64,000 bases of DNA from assembly GCA_020634615.1 (NCBI GenBank), contig JACKBI010000001.1, positions 459,261 to 523,260 on the forward strand, given 5' to 3'. The notes beneath the pieces are model-generated. The model ran no database searches, was not told the origin of the DNA, and saw only the letters and a program-made list of their open reading frames with translations. This DNA is from Anaerolineales bacterium. GTDB taxonomy: Bacteria; Chloroflexota; Anaerolineae; JAAEKA01. The position numbers and the translations under genes are program-made. Each line of letters begins with the position of its first letter. The stretch's first letter is position 1. Shown in pieces: positions 28,700 through 39,451 of this stretch.

Positions 28700-30247
28700 G
28701 TGAGTGCTATGCGACCAGCGAATATTGTACAACGAATTGGACTTGGTATTGCGGCAGCCAGCCTGCTGCTGATTGGCTTGAGCGCGGCCCCGGCCCGAGC
28801 GCAGGAACTAACGCCGCCCGCGGCCGCGGACATCGTGGCGGTTTCCCCTTCACAGCCTGAGGTTGCCTTTGCGGCCGCCGGTACAATGATCTATCGCACC
28901 GATGACGGCGGCATGACGTGGCAGGATGCCGGGCAGTTGGCCAGCCCGGCTCGCTCGCTGACGGTTACAGCCGGCGACGCACCTGCACTGCTGGCAGGAA
29001 CGGCCACCGCCGGTCTCTTTCGCAGTTTCGACGGCGGTGCTACCTGGCAGGCGGTGAACGATGGGCTGGGCATGACACCCGGCACGATCCTGGAGGTCAA
29101 CGCGTTGGGCGCGGACCCGCAAGACCCGCGCATCGTCTATGCAGCAACGGGCTACAGGCTGGGCACGTCCACGGTGCATTTCACACCCGTGGCGCTGCTG
29201 GTCAGTGTGGACAGCGGCGCATCCTGGCTCCCGCTGACCTCGCTGCCGCTCAACAGTCCGCGTTTCACCGATCTGCAAGCCGTGTCAGGCCAGCCGCTCA
29301 CTGTCGCGGCAACCAGCCAGGACGGCAACTCGTTGACCTATTCTGTTGATGGCGCTGTCCTGGCTACCATGCTGGAAACCACTGACACTTCCGCCGCACG
29401 GCAGGCTGCAGCCGCGCGCGCGTTGGGAATGTTGGGTGACACGAACGCTGTCCCGGCGTTGCTGACGGCGGCCCAGGGCAACGATCCACAGGTGGCGACT
29501 GCGGCTGTTGAGGCGCTGGGCGTCATGCGTGCGGACAGCGCGGTCCCGACCCTGGCCGGCTTGCTGATGGAGCCGCAGGCGGCTTCTCTGGCTACGGTCG
29601 CCGACGCGCTGGCGGCCATCGGCACGCCTGATGCGTTTGTTGCGCTGCATGTTGCTCTGGCCAGCGATGATCTGACTCCCGCCCGCCACGCGGCCATGGG
29701 CGCACTGGAACAACTGGGCAGCGCTGCTGTGCCTGGTCTGCTGGAGCAGGCCGGCAGCGAAAGCGCCGTGGTCCAGCGCAACGCCATCGAGATGCTGGGC
29801 TGGATCGCCGACCCGGCCGCGACCGACACGTTGGCGCTGGCCTTGCAGGCATCCGATCCGGCCGTGCGCTCACAGGCAGCCTGGGCGCTGGGTGAGACCC
29901 TGGCAACGATAACCGAGCCGGACGCGGTTCAGATCGCAGCCCAGCAGGCGCTGGCGGCTGCCGCTGTTGGCGACCTGAGCCCGGACGTGCGGCTGCACGC
30001 CACGCAGTCGCTGGCCCGCCTGCCGCAGCAGCCGGTAGTTGGAGTTGATACAGCAAACGTTGGTGCGGTAGCGACCGCCAATTACGCGCCGGTCGGACAG
30101 GAATCGGGTTTGCAGTTGCCAGGCTGGCTGGCCGCTGCCATGCCAGCGTTGCGATGGCTGGTGCTGGGCTTGGCGCTGGCGGCAATTGGTGCGCTGCCCT
30201 GGTTGCAGAACGTCCGCGACCACAGACGGCGCCGACGACAGAATTAA
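28700..30247 (+). CDS. secreted/membrane protein with BNR (Ycf48-like) repeats, HEAT/PBS-lyase-like repeats and a C-terminal TM anchor
   Basis: Signal peptide. BNR motifs DGGMTWQ, DGGATWQ, DSGASW. HEAT-like DPQVATAAVEALG / DPAVRSQAAWALG. C-terminal hydrophobic helix plus RRRRRQN. Confidence 0.5.
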   Translation: MSAMRPANIVQRIGLGIAAASLLLIGLSAAPARAQELTPPAAADIVAVSPSQPEVAFAAAGTMIYRTDDGGMTWQDAGQLASPARSLTVTAGDAPALLAGTATAGLFRSFDGGATWQAVNDGLGMTPGTILEVNALGADPQDPRIVYAATGYRLGTSTVHFTPVALLVSVDSGASWLPLTSLPLNSPRFTDLQAVSGQPLTVAATSQDGNSLTYSVDGAVLATMLETTDTSAARQAAAARALGMLGDTNAVPALLTAAQGNDPQVATAAVEALGVMRADSAVPTLAGLLMEPQAASLATVADALAAIGTPDAFVALHVALASDDLTPARHAAMGALEQLGSAAVPGLLEQAGSESAVVQRNAIEMLGWIADPAATDTLALALQASDPAVRSQAAWALGETLATITEPDAVQIAAQQALAAAAVGDLSPDVRLHATQSLARLPQQPVVGVDTANVGAVATANYAPVGQESGLQLPGWLAAAMPALRWLVLGLALAAIGALPWLQNVRDHRRRRRQN

Positions 30248-30260
30248 CGGCGTTCACGCG

Positions 30261-30301
30261 AAAAACGAGGCTCCTGGCACATGCGAGGAGCCTCGTTTTA
30301 T
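30261..30301. terminator. bidirectional rho-independent terminator (AAAAACGAGGCTCCT-loop-AGGAGCCTCGTTTTATTG) between convergent genes
   Basis: 12-bp perfect stem flanked by an A-tract and a T-tract. Confidence 0.65.
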
Positions 30302-30314
30302 TGTGAAACCGTTG

Positions 30315-32150
30315 TCAACTGTCCAGCTGGCCGTTGGGCAGACGAACACTGGGGGCAGCCAGACGCCTGCGCACCCGGGTGGTGAAGAGAATAAGTCCAA
30401 CCATGACCAGCAGGACCAATATGCCCAGACTGGCAGCGTAGGCAGGGAATGCCACGGCAAAGTCGCGCAGGATGCCCACTTCGGCGTTGATCGATGCCAC
30501 GATCTGGAAGTCGTGGTCGTGCAGATAATCATAGAGCAGCGCGATCCCGATCCCGATTAGCACCAGCCGGGCAATGCTGAAGAGCACGCTGAGGAAATAA
30601 GCAACCTTGGTTTGAGCACCCTGGAACATGATTGCCTGCCGGCGCAGACTGTCGGAGACGTAGGAGGCCGACTCGGTGATCTCGCTGGCTGAGTTGTAGA
30701 TCGTTCTGAACGCCTGTTTGCGCAACTGCGCCACTTTGCGCCGGGCGGCCTCACGGAAGTATCTGCGAGCGATCTTGTTGGGATTGGCGTTGCCCAACAG
30801 CGCGCTCACGTTGGCATCCATGGTGTTCAGCGAACGTGCAACCCGCAGGAATTGCCAGTTAGGGTTGACTTTGTATTTGCGGGCAATGTCGGAAAGCTGA
30901 ACGGCAGCGCCGCCGGTAAACGAGCGTTCGTAGTAACTCAGTCCTTCCAGATGGCTGCGTGCTTCCCATTCGCGCATCACTTCCACCATTTCGACCCGGT
31001 ATTCCGTCAGATCGAAGACGGGGATGGAGTCTGACAGTTGCAGATATGCATCCACCGCTTTGGTATATTCTCCCTGGGAGAAGAAGCGAACCAGCGTACC
31101 ATAGGTTCTGACAAAACGTGCTTCCAGATTGCCGATGGTGCCAAAGTCGATCAGACAAAAGCGGCTGTTGCGCAGCAAGATAATGTTGCCCGGATGGAGA
31201 TCGCCGTGGAACAGATTGTCCTCGAACAGTTGCCGGTAAAACGAGCGCATCAGGCGCGACCCAACGCGAAACGGCTTGACGTTGTTCTCTTTGCACCAGG
31301 CCTTCAGGCGAGCGGGATCGTCGCGATGGGCGCGTAGATAGTCGGTCATCAGGACGCCCGTGATGTATTCCATCGTCAGGATCCGCCGCGTGCTCGCCTT
31401 GCGGTAGATCTTTGGTACGTAGACCTTGTGATCTTTCAGCAGCTTGCGCATCCGCCGCAGGTTGGCCGTCTCGTAGCGGTAATCGACCTCTTCGGTCATC
31501 ATGCGTTCCAGCTCGCGGATCATGCCGTCCCAGGTGATGAAACCCAGGCCCGGCATTCGTTTCATCATGCGCAGGATCCGCGATATCAGCTTCAGGTCGC
31601 GCGCGAAGACCTGTTTGATCCCTGGCCGCTGCACTTTGACGGCTACCCAGACGCCGTTACTGCGCAGCCGGGCGCGATGGACCTGCGAAATCGACGCAGC
31701 TGCAAACGGATGCGCATCCCAGACGTCGAACACGTCTTCGATCGGCCGGCCGAGCTCGTCCTCGACGACCTGGCGCGCAATGTCGGGCTCAAACCCGTTC
31801 GTCAGGTAGGTAAGCTGGGAAAGTTCGTTGGCCATCTCGCGCGACAACAGGTCGGTGCGCAACGAGATAAGCTGGCCGGCTTTGATCCACATCCCGCCCA
31901 GGCTTTCCAGAAACTCGCGGGTTTGTACCGCCCGTTCAGCCGGTGTCCCGCGTCGCAGCAGATTGCCCCAGAACATTCCCATGGCAAAACCAAGCAGGCG
32001 CGCGACCAGGGTCAAGGACGAAAAACGCCCCAGCTTTTTGGTTGGAACGATGGTGATGGGGGAAACGCTGGCAGAGTCGACCAGCGGTGTTGGGATCAGT
32101 CGCGATTTCAGCATAGTGCAAAGAGGCGCGTGACAAGGGACGAGATGCAA
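30315..32150 (-). CDS. ubiB: UbiB/ABC1-family protein kinase (AarF domain)
   Basis: ABC1 signature region (…FEPDIARQVVEDELGRPIEDVFDVWDAHPFAAASISQVHRARL…VAVKVQRPGIKQ…DLHPGNIIL). C-terminal TM helices. The start may be the internal Met at ~32114. Confidence 0.7.
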   Translation of the reverse strand: MHLVPCHAPLCTMLKSRLIPTPLVDSASVSPITIVPTKKLGRFSSLTLVARLLGFAMGMFWGNLLRRGTPAERAVQTREFLESLGGMWIKAGQLISLRTDLLSREMANELSQLTYLTNGFEPDIARQVVEDELGRPIEDVFDVWDAHPFAAASISQVHRARLRSNGVWVAVKVQRPGIKQVFARDLKLISRILRMMKRMPGLGFITWDGMIRELERMMTEEVDYRYETANLRRMRKLLKDHKVYVPKIYRKASTRRILTMEYITGVLMTDYLRAHRDDPARLKAWCKENNVKPFRVGSRLMRSFYRQLFEDNLFHGDLHPGNIILLRNSRFCLIDFGTIGNLEARFVRTYGTLVRFFSQGEYTKAVDAYLQLSDSIPVFDLTEYRVEMVEVMREWEARSHLEGLSYYERSFTGGAAVQLSDIARKYKVNPNWQFLRVARSLNTMDANVSALLGNANPNKIARRYFREAARRKVAQLRKQAFRTIYNSASEITESASYVSDSLRRQAIMFQGAQTKVAYFLSVLFSIARLVLIGIGIALLYDYLHDHDFQIVASINAEVGILRDFAVAFPAYAASLGILVLLVMVGLILFTTRVRRRLAAPSVRLPNGQLDS

Positions 32151-32284
32151 CCCGCGGCAACGATGCGCGACCAGCGCAGCAAAAGCCGCTCAACCAACAA
32201 GGTGCTCGGTTACAGGAGGAAAACAAAGCGGCGAACACAGAATCGCCGCTTGCAAATCAATCCAGATCGTTGCCGCCGCCCGGC

Positions 32285-32614
32285 TCACCACACACTGATC
32301 TTCATGCGCTTGATCCCCTTGCGCTGAGCGCGCATCACGTTCTTGCCCAGATCGCGCACGGCGCCGTTCTTCTTGCGCCGGTTGGATCGTTCGTGGCGCT
32401 TGCGGTACTCAGTGGCGGCCGTTTCCTGCGCCTTGCTCATGCGAAAGAGCGCTTTGTCGAATTTGCGCCACTTCTTGGACACACGTCGCTTGCGTTTCGA
32501 GCCGCCAAGGACGGTTCGCGTGACGCTGCCATCGTCGGCAGTCTCGATTTTGGTCACCGAGCGGACCGGGAAACGCTTCTGGCCGCCGCTGGAATAAACG
32601 GTTCGTACTTCCAT
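32285..32614 (-). CDS. small highly basic hypothetical protein
   Basis: 109 aa, Lys/Arg-rich (…GGSKRKRRVSKKWRKF…RKRHERSNRRKKNG…). In tandem with another small basic ORF. Confidence 0.35.
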   Translation of the reverse strand: MEVRTVYSSGGQKRFPVRSVTKIETADDGSVTRTVLGGSKRKRRVSKKWRKFDKALFRMSKAQETAATEYRKRHERSNRRKKNGAVRDLGKNVMRAQRKGIKRMKISVW

Positions 32615-32657
32615 AAGTCTGTCTCCTTCAGCTATTCACTAACCTCTGGCGAAACGA

Positions 32658-32900
32658 TTACCACCAGCCGCGCTTGCGGTCCCGCTGCTTGACAACTACC
32701 ACCACCACCTGGCTGTTTTCGTCGATCTCGCCGTCAGCTTTGAGGTCTTCGATGGTGCTGTTGATCCGGTTCAACAACTTGCCGCGGCCCTTGCGCAGGC
32801 GGCGGACGTTCTTCTTGCTTTTGGTGCCGAGGTCGAGAAGCAGCATGCTCTTCTGCTCAACAACCGCAGTGCCATTTCCATTCTTGGTAGCTTCCGCCAT
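32658..32900 (-). CDS. small hypothetical protein (80 aa)
   Basis: ORF with …KNVRRLRKGRGKLLNRINSTIEDLKADGEIDEN…. Confidence 0.35.
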   Translation of the reverse strand: MAEATKNGNGTAVVEQKSMLLLDLGTKSKKNVRRLRKGRGKLLNRINSTIEDLKADGEIDENSQVVVVVVKQRDRKRGWW

Positions 32901-33297
32901 GGTAAAACCTCCTGGAGAATAGGGCCGTTGCTTGACATTGTGATTGGCCCACGGGAGTTAAGATTACACGACAAAGTATAATTGCTTTTGTAACGAAATG
33001 CAATCAAGAATCACGAATTTGACCGACCAACTGCAAAATTTGTACGATCAGCGGCTTTGATGCAAGCCGTGAGCGCCTGCTATCGATTCTTGTATGCGGC
33101 GATCCGAAGTGATATACTCGCCAAGCTAGTTTTTCCATTTTGCTGCAGATGTGGGGACACAAGGACAGCACAGTGACATCAACCGTATGTGACGTGCCGT
33201 CCTACGGGTTCTGCAAAATCGAAGAGGGTTGGTCATCGCTCGCTCAACAGCCCGAACCGTTGAGCAATTCTTTCGGTCGCGCAAGGAGAGTTTTTTT

Positions 33298-35328
33298 GTG
33301 AGAAAACACCTGTTTTTGGTAGTTCTGGGAGCCGCATTCGCTCTTCTCTCAGGGTTGTTCGTGTTGATGAGCCATGGCAGTGTGCTACCAGTGCATGCCG
33401 CTTCTGGTCCCGCCACCACGTTCACCATCGCACCTGGCGATGCTGAGCGTGTGCCGCTTGACCGCAACGACGGAGTCTGCACTTTGGCCGAAGCGGTGGA
33501 AGCCGCCAATGACCAGGGCGTCTCGAACCCGCCGCTCAATGACTGTGGCAGCGGCAGCCCGGGATTGAACATCATCGAGTTGCAGGCTGGCGACTACAAC
33601 TTGACCGCTCAGGTTGCTGTCATCAACGGCGGCAATACGGCAACGTTCAATGTCGTCACGCCAATCATCGTGCGCGGCGTTACCTCTGACACGACCACGA
33701 TACGCCGCGATCCATCTTCGCAAGATCAGTTCCGTTTCTTCCATGTGGGATCGAACGGCTTCCTGACCCTTGAGAACCTGGGGCTGGCTGGCGGCTACGC
33801 TAACGGTGGCACAGGCGGCGGCGCGGCCTACGTATCACCCAACGGTACGATGCTGGTGACACGCACGCAGATGCTGTCCAACACGGCCCGCTACGGCGGC
33901 GCGTTGTACAACGGCGGTTCGACCACCGTCATCGACAGCGCTTTCCTGGGCAACAGCGCCAGCGAGGACGACGCCAGCCAGGGTGGCGCCATCTACGCCA
34001 CCAACAATATGACCGTTACCGCTTCGTCGATTACGGCCAATGAAAGCACCGACAGCGGTGGCGGAATCTACGTCAGCGGCACCGGCAGCGGCGCTTTCTG
34101 GATTTCCCTGAGCAACATATCGACCAACGTTGCCAACTCCGATGTGGCCAACGGCGGCAGCGGCGGCGGCATCTATCACAGCAGCGGCGTTGTCACCAGC
34201 ACGCTAAACAGCATCACGCTGAATGCTGCGCTGCCCTCGGCGCCGATCGGCCACGGCTCGGCAGTGGCTGAAGGCGGCGGCGTCTATGCGGCTGACAAAA
34301 TGAACCTTTTCTTCACGCTGGTCGATGGCAACGCGGCGGAAAGCGGCGCGGGACTGTTCAACAGTCCTGCCGCCAGTACAACCGTTACTTCGACGCTGTT
34401 CATCGGCAACCTCGCTTCGGCGACCGGCGCCGGCATCGCAAACCGAGGTGCGCTCGATTTGTACAACGCGATCCTCTGGGCCAATGTGGCAGAAGGCAAC
34501 GGCGGCGGTCTGTACAACGAGACGCTCAGCGGCGCATCCGCCAACGTCCGCAACAGCACGATCGTCCAGAACCAGTCACTGGCAGGCGACGGCGGCGGCG
34601 TCTTCAACCTGACCGGCTCCAGTGCCTGGACGGCGCTGAGCAATGTCACGGTAGCCAGCAACAATGCCAACGGTGACGGCGGCGGCATCGCCAACGGCAA
34701 CGACGGCCAGATTGTCGTCGCCAGTTCGACGCTCGCCAACAACACCGCAGGCGGCAACGGCGGCGGCATTGCCAGCTCTGATCCGATCACCAATCATGTC
34801 CGAATCCGCAACACGATCCTGACGGAGAACAACGGCGGCAACGTCGAGACCACAGAAAACTGTAGCGGCGCGCTGACGTCCCAGGGGTACAACCTGGACA
34901 GCGGCACGGGCTGCGCGTTCGTTGAGCCGGGCGACATCAGCGGCGGCAACGCGGCGCTGGACTCGCTGGCGCCGGCCGATCCGCTCCAGGTGCTGCAAGG
35001 CAACATCACGCCGGCCTATGACCTGCTGCCCGACAGCCAGGCCATCAACGCCGCCAATCCAACCGCTTGCTACGACGCCCGCAACGTCAACAACAACGGG
35101 ATGCCGCTGGAAACTGACCAGTGGGGCGAGGCGCGCGTCAAGCAACTGCGCTGTGACATCGGCGCCATCGAGACCGACAACACACCGACCGCAGTGACGC
35201 TGACCGGTCTCGTCGCATCGTCACCAACCCATACTGCGCTTCCGGCCGGATTGGTCGCTGCGTTTGCGCTGCTTGCACTGCTGGCAGCAATAGCCGGAGC
35301 GCGGCGTCTCGTCAGTCCGATGAAGTAA
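33298..35328 (+). CDS. secreted right-handed beta-helix repeat protein with an N-terminal CSLREA-type module and a C-terminal TM anchor
   Basis: GTG start after a CAAGGAGAG RBS. Signal peptide. CTLAEAVEAANDQGVSNPPLNDCGSGSPGLNIIELQAGDYNL. Many G-rich pectin-lyase-like repeats (GGGIY…, NGGGL…). C-terminal …LVAAFALLALLAAIAGARRLV. Confidence 0.5.
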   Translation: MRKHLFLVVLGAAFALLSGLFVLMSHGSVLPVHAASGPATTFTIAPGDAERVPLDRNDGVCTLAEAVEAANDQGVSNPPLNDCGSGSPGLNIIELQAGDYNLTAQVAVINGGNTATFNVVTPIIVRGVTSDTTTIRRDPSSQDQFRFFHVGSNGFLTLENLGLAGGYANGGTGGGAAYVSPNGTMLVTRTQMLSNTARYGGALYNGGSTTVIDSAFLGNSASEDDASQGGAIYATNNMTVTASSITANESTDSGGGIYVSGTGSGAFWISLSNISTNVANSDVANGGSGGGIYHSSGVVTSTLNSITLNAALPSAPIGHGSAVAEGGGVYAADKMNLFFTLVDGNAAESGAGLFNSPAASTTVTSTLFIGNLASATGAGIANRGALDLYNAILWANVAEGNGGGLYNETLSGASANVRNSTIVQNQSLAGDGGGVFNLTGSSAWTALSNVTVASNNANGDGGGIANGNDGQIVVASSTLANNTAGGNGGGIASSDPITNHVRIRNTILTENNGGNVETTENCSGALTSQGYNLDSGTGCAFVEPGDISGGNAALDSLAPADPLQVLQGNITPAYDLLPDSQAINAANPTACYDARNVNNNGMPLETDQWGEARVKQLRCDIGAIETDNTPTAVTLTGLVASSPTHTALPAGLVAAFALLALLAAIAGARRLVSPMK

Positions 35329-35472
35329 TACCGGTCCATCGAAACCTGAACTGAAAACGGGCCGCTGTGCAGGTGCACAACGGCCCGTTTTTCATTTTCG
35401 AATTGGAACGCGGCGTGGATTAGCTGCCGCGATGGATAGATTGCGCCGCAGACGCACAGCTGATTGTGTCGA

Positions 35473-35955
35473 TCAGGCGGTCTGCGCGGTGGCGTTTGAT
35501 TCTGTGGAGGCTACGTCGGTTCGGGCAACCGCCAGAGCCGGGTGGTAGTAGGTTGCAGCCAGAGCCAGGAGCGCACCGAAGGCCAGAATGCCGGGCGCCA
35601 GCATCGGACTGGCGCCCTTGAGGGCATCCAGTAAGACATCCGCAGCAACGGCGTTCGGCCGGATATCCAGCTCGAAGGCCATGTTGTTGGCCAGGTGCTC
35701 GTAGATGCCCAGCAGACTGCCCAGTATGATCACGACCGCCGCGCCGCGCAGGCCGATTATCGTTCCCCGCCGCGGCGCCAGCAAGACCAACACCACAGCG
35801 ATCAAGCCCAGCGCACAGAGAACAAAGGGTATGAACTGGACCGGCGTGTCGAAATGTTCGGTCAGCCATAGCTCTACCGGCGTGACGAGGAAGACCAGGC
35901 CGGCCAGCGCCAACAGGAACAGGCGCAAGCGTCGAAGTATCGTGCTGTCGTTCAT
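35473..35955 (-). CDS. hypothetical integral membrane protein (4 TM)
   Basis: Hydrophobic helices (LRLFLLALAGLVFLV; FIPFVLCALGLIAVVLVLLA; AAVVIILGSLLGIY; ILAFGALLALAATYY). Confidence 0.4.
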   Translation of the reverse strand: MNDSTILRRLRLFLLALAGLVFLVTPVELWLTEHFDTPVQFIPFVLCALGLIAVVLVLLAPRRGTIIGLRGAAVVIILGSLLGIYEHLANNMAFELDIRPNAVAADVLLDALKGASPMLAPGILAFGALLALAATYYHPALAVARTDVASTESNATAQTA

Positions 35956-36024
35956 GATGCGTTTCCGGTGGCGGGCACTGCCGGGCCCGCATTCTGCCGG
36001 CAGTGCCATCGCTATTTCAACGCC

Positions 36025-36699
36025 CTATTGCGCCTGCAAGTAGCCGGCAGCTGCCGCAGCGTCATCGGCGGAGACCAGTTGCGTCAACTGCGCCAGGAAC
36101 GCTTCGTTGGAGTCGTACGGCCGGCCGGCGATCAGATCGGCAGCGACGGCATCGTCTACTCCCGACAACTGCATCAGCGAGTCGGCGTCAGACTGATTGA
36201 CGTCCACCGGCACGTAGACATACTGCTCGTAGCCAGCGACGGTCGCATCGTCCACATATTTGCCGATCTCGCGGCGGAACTGCTGGATGCTGACGTAAGG
36301 GCGGTATTCCTGAAATTCGCGCACCATGCGGCTGCTGAAGCCGGGGATCATGCTGGTGAGTTCATCGGCGGTCACGGTGTTCAGGTTGAGCTTCGTGTTG
36401 GCAACCGCGACCGGCGCTGCTGCATTCGTATCGCTCACGGTTGGTTCTGTCGCCGTCGCTTCTGTTGGTGCAGACGTCGGCTGTTCGACGACCTCTGTCG
36501 GCTGCGCAGGCTCAGCGGTTGGCTGGACGTTAGCCTCGGCGGCCGGTGCGGTCGTCGCAGTCGGTTGCGCAACCGGCACACTGGTTGCCTGAGCGGCTGT
36601 CGCCTGCGGTGCTGCCGATTGGGTCGCACCCCCGCACGCGGCTACTATCAGCGCGGAAACAAGGACTGTGGCGAATAATACAAATCTCTTCATATTCAA
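36025..36699 (-). CDS. ComEA-like helix-hairpin-helix DNA-binding lipoprotein
   Basis: Lipobox LIVAACGG. Pro/Thr/Ala-rich linker. HhH-type segments (LNLNTVTADELTSMIPGFSSRMVREFQEYRPYVSIQQF; …LMQLSGVDDAVAADLIAGRPYDS). Confidence 0.5.
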   Translation of the reverse strand: MNMKRFVLFATVLVSALIVAACGGATQSAAPQATAAQATSVPVAQPTATTAPAAEANVQPTAEPAQPTEVVEQPTSAPTEATATEPTVSDTNAAAPVAVANTKLNLNTVTADELTSMIPGFSSRMVREFQEYRPYVSIQQFRREIGKYVDDATVAGYEQYVYVPVDVNQSDADSLMQLSGVDDAVAADLIAGRPYDSNEAFLAQLTQLVSADDAAAAAGYLQAQ

Positions 36700-36975
36700 T
36701 GGTCATTCCTTCTCGTTTGGTTTCGTCAAGACAGCGTTAGTGTAAATCATTGATGTTCAGAAGATGTTAAGATACGCTTTGGATTTGGTTGGGGGAGAAG
36801 GGTGAAACCCGACCCGGATGGTCGTGCTGATGGGCATCGCGATTGCAAGGGCTGACCCGACCATGTCGTCCCCCGGCGATAAACGAGATGTAGACGGCGA
36901 TGCCGGCTGTTCGATCAAACAAAACGGCGCCGGTTCAGGTGCTGAACCGACGCCGTTCATCCAAATCAACGCACT

Positions 36976-38169
36976 CTACTTGTCGTCCAGCGCTGCCACG
37001 CCGGGCAGTTCCTTGCCTTCCAGGTATTCCAGGCTCGCGCCGCCGCCGGTGCTGATGTGGCTCATCTTGTCGGCCAGACCGGACTGGTGCACCGCGGCTG
37101 CCGAATCGCCGCCGCCGATGATGGTGATGGCATCGAGGCCGGCCAGAATGTCGGCCACGGCAAAGGTGCCCTTGGCGAACGCCGGGAACTCGAAGACGCC
37201 CATCGGACCGTTCCACACCACGGTTTTTGCGGCTGCCAGGCGGTTGGCGAAGTGGGCTACGGTGGCCGGCCCGATGTCCAGCACCCGCCAGCCTGGCTCC
37301 ACTTCATCCGCACCGACGACCTTGCTGGGCGCGTCGGCTCCGAATGTGTTGGCCACCACCACATCTACCGGCAGGACCAACTTGTCGCTGCCCTGCGCCA
37401 ACAGTTCCCTGGCGGTGTCCACGCTGCTCTCTTCCACCAGCGAGTCGCCCATTTCGTAGCCCTGCGCCTTGAAGAAGGTATTGGCCATGCCGCCGCCGAT
37501 GAGCAGACTGTCCACCTTGGTCAGCAGGTTCTGAATGACGCCGATCTTGTCGGAGACCTTCGCGCCGCCCAGGATCGCGACGAAGGGTCGCTCGGGGTTC
37601 TCGACTGCGCCGCCCAGGAACTGGATCTCTTTTTCCATCAGGAAGCCGGCGACCGAAGGCCGCCCATGCGAGCGCATCACCGCGGGCACACCGGCCACGC
37701 TGGCATCGGCCCGGTGCGCGGTGCCGAAAGCGTCATCGACGTAAACATCCATCCAGTGGGCCAGTTGCACGGCGAACGCGTGATCGCCCTTTTTCTCGGC
37801 GTCATGGAAACGCAGATTCTCCAGCACCAGCACCTGGCCAGGCTTCATTTCCGTCTTCATGTCGTTGACGGCTTCACCTACACAGTCGAACGCCATGAAA
37901 ACCATGTTGCTGTCCAGCAGCTCTTGCAGGCGATTGGCGACCGGCTCCAGGCTGAACTTCGGATCGCGCCCGCCCTTCGGCCGGCCGAGATGCGACGCCA
38001 GAACCACTGCCGCGCCTTCGTCCAACAAATGCTGGATCGTGGGCAAAGCCGCCTGGATGCGGGTGTCGTCGGTGATCTGCTGATTTTCATCCAGCGGCAC
38101 GTTGAAATCGACGCGCACAAAGACGCGCTTGCCTTCCACGTTGATGTCGTGCAGGGTTTTCTTGTTCAT
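36976..38169 (-). CDS. pgk: phosphoglycerate kinase
   Basis: Unmistakable PGK sequence ([28 protein letters not shown]…ASHLGRPKG…, ~397 aa). Confidence 0.9.
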   Translation of the reverse strand: MNKKTLHDINVEGKRVFVRVDFNVPLDENQQITDDTRIQAALPTIQHLLDEGAAVVLASHLGRPKGGRDPKFSLEPVANRLQELLDSNMVFMAFDCVGEAVNDMKTEMKPGQVLVLENLRFHDAEKKGDHAFAVQLAHWMDVYVDDAFGTAHRADASVAGVPAVMRSHGRPSVAGFLMEKEIQFLGGAVENPERPFVAILGGAKVSDKIGVIQNLLTKVDSLLIGGGMANTFFKAQGYEMGDSLVEESSVDTARELLAQGSDKLVLPVDVVVANTFGADAPSKVVGADEVEPGWRVLDIGPATVAHFANRLAAAKTVVWNGPMGVFEFPAFAKGTFAVADILAGLDAITIIGGGDSAAAVHQSGLADKMSHISTGGGASLEYLEGKELPGVAALDDK

Positions 38170-38297
38170 CGAATGCTCCTCAAAAAACGTGATGCGTGAT
38201 GCGCAAAACGTGACCGGAAATCAGAAGTGATCTTGGTCACGTTTCACGTTTCACGCATCACGAAGCGATGCTCGCCGGGAGGCAAGAGTCGGTGCGG

Positions 38298-39386
<1,089 letters not shown>

Positions 39387-39451
39387 TTACTTGTTACCAC
39401 AAGCTCAAGTATATCATAAATGCCGCCGAATCGCATATGATGCAGCGCATG

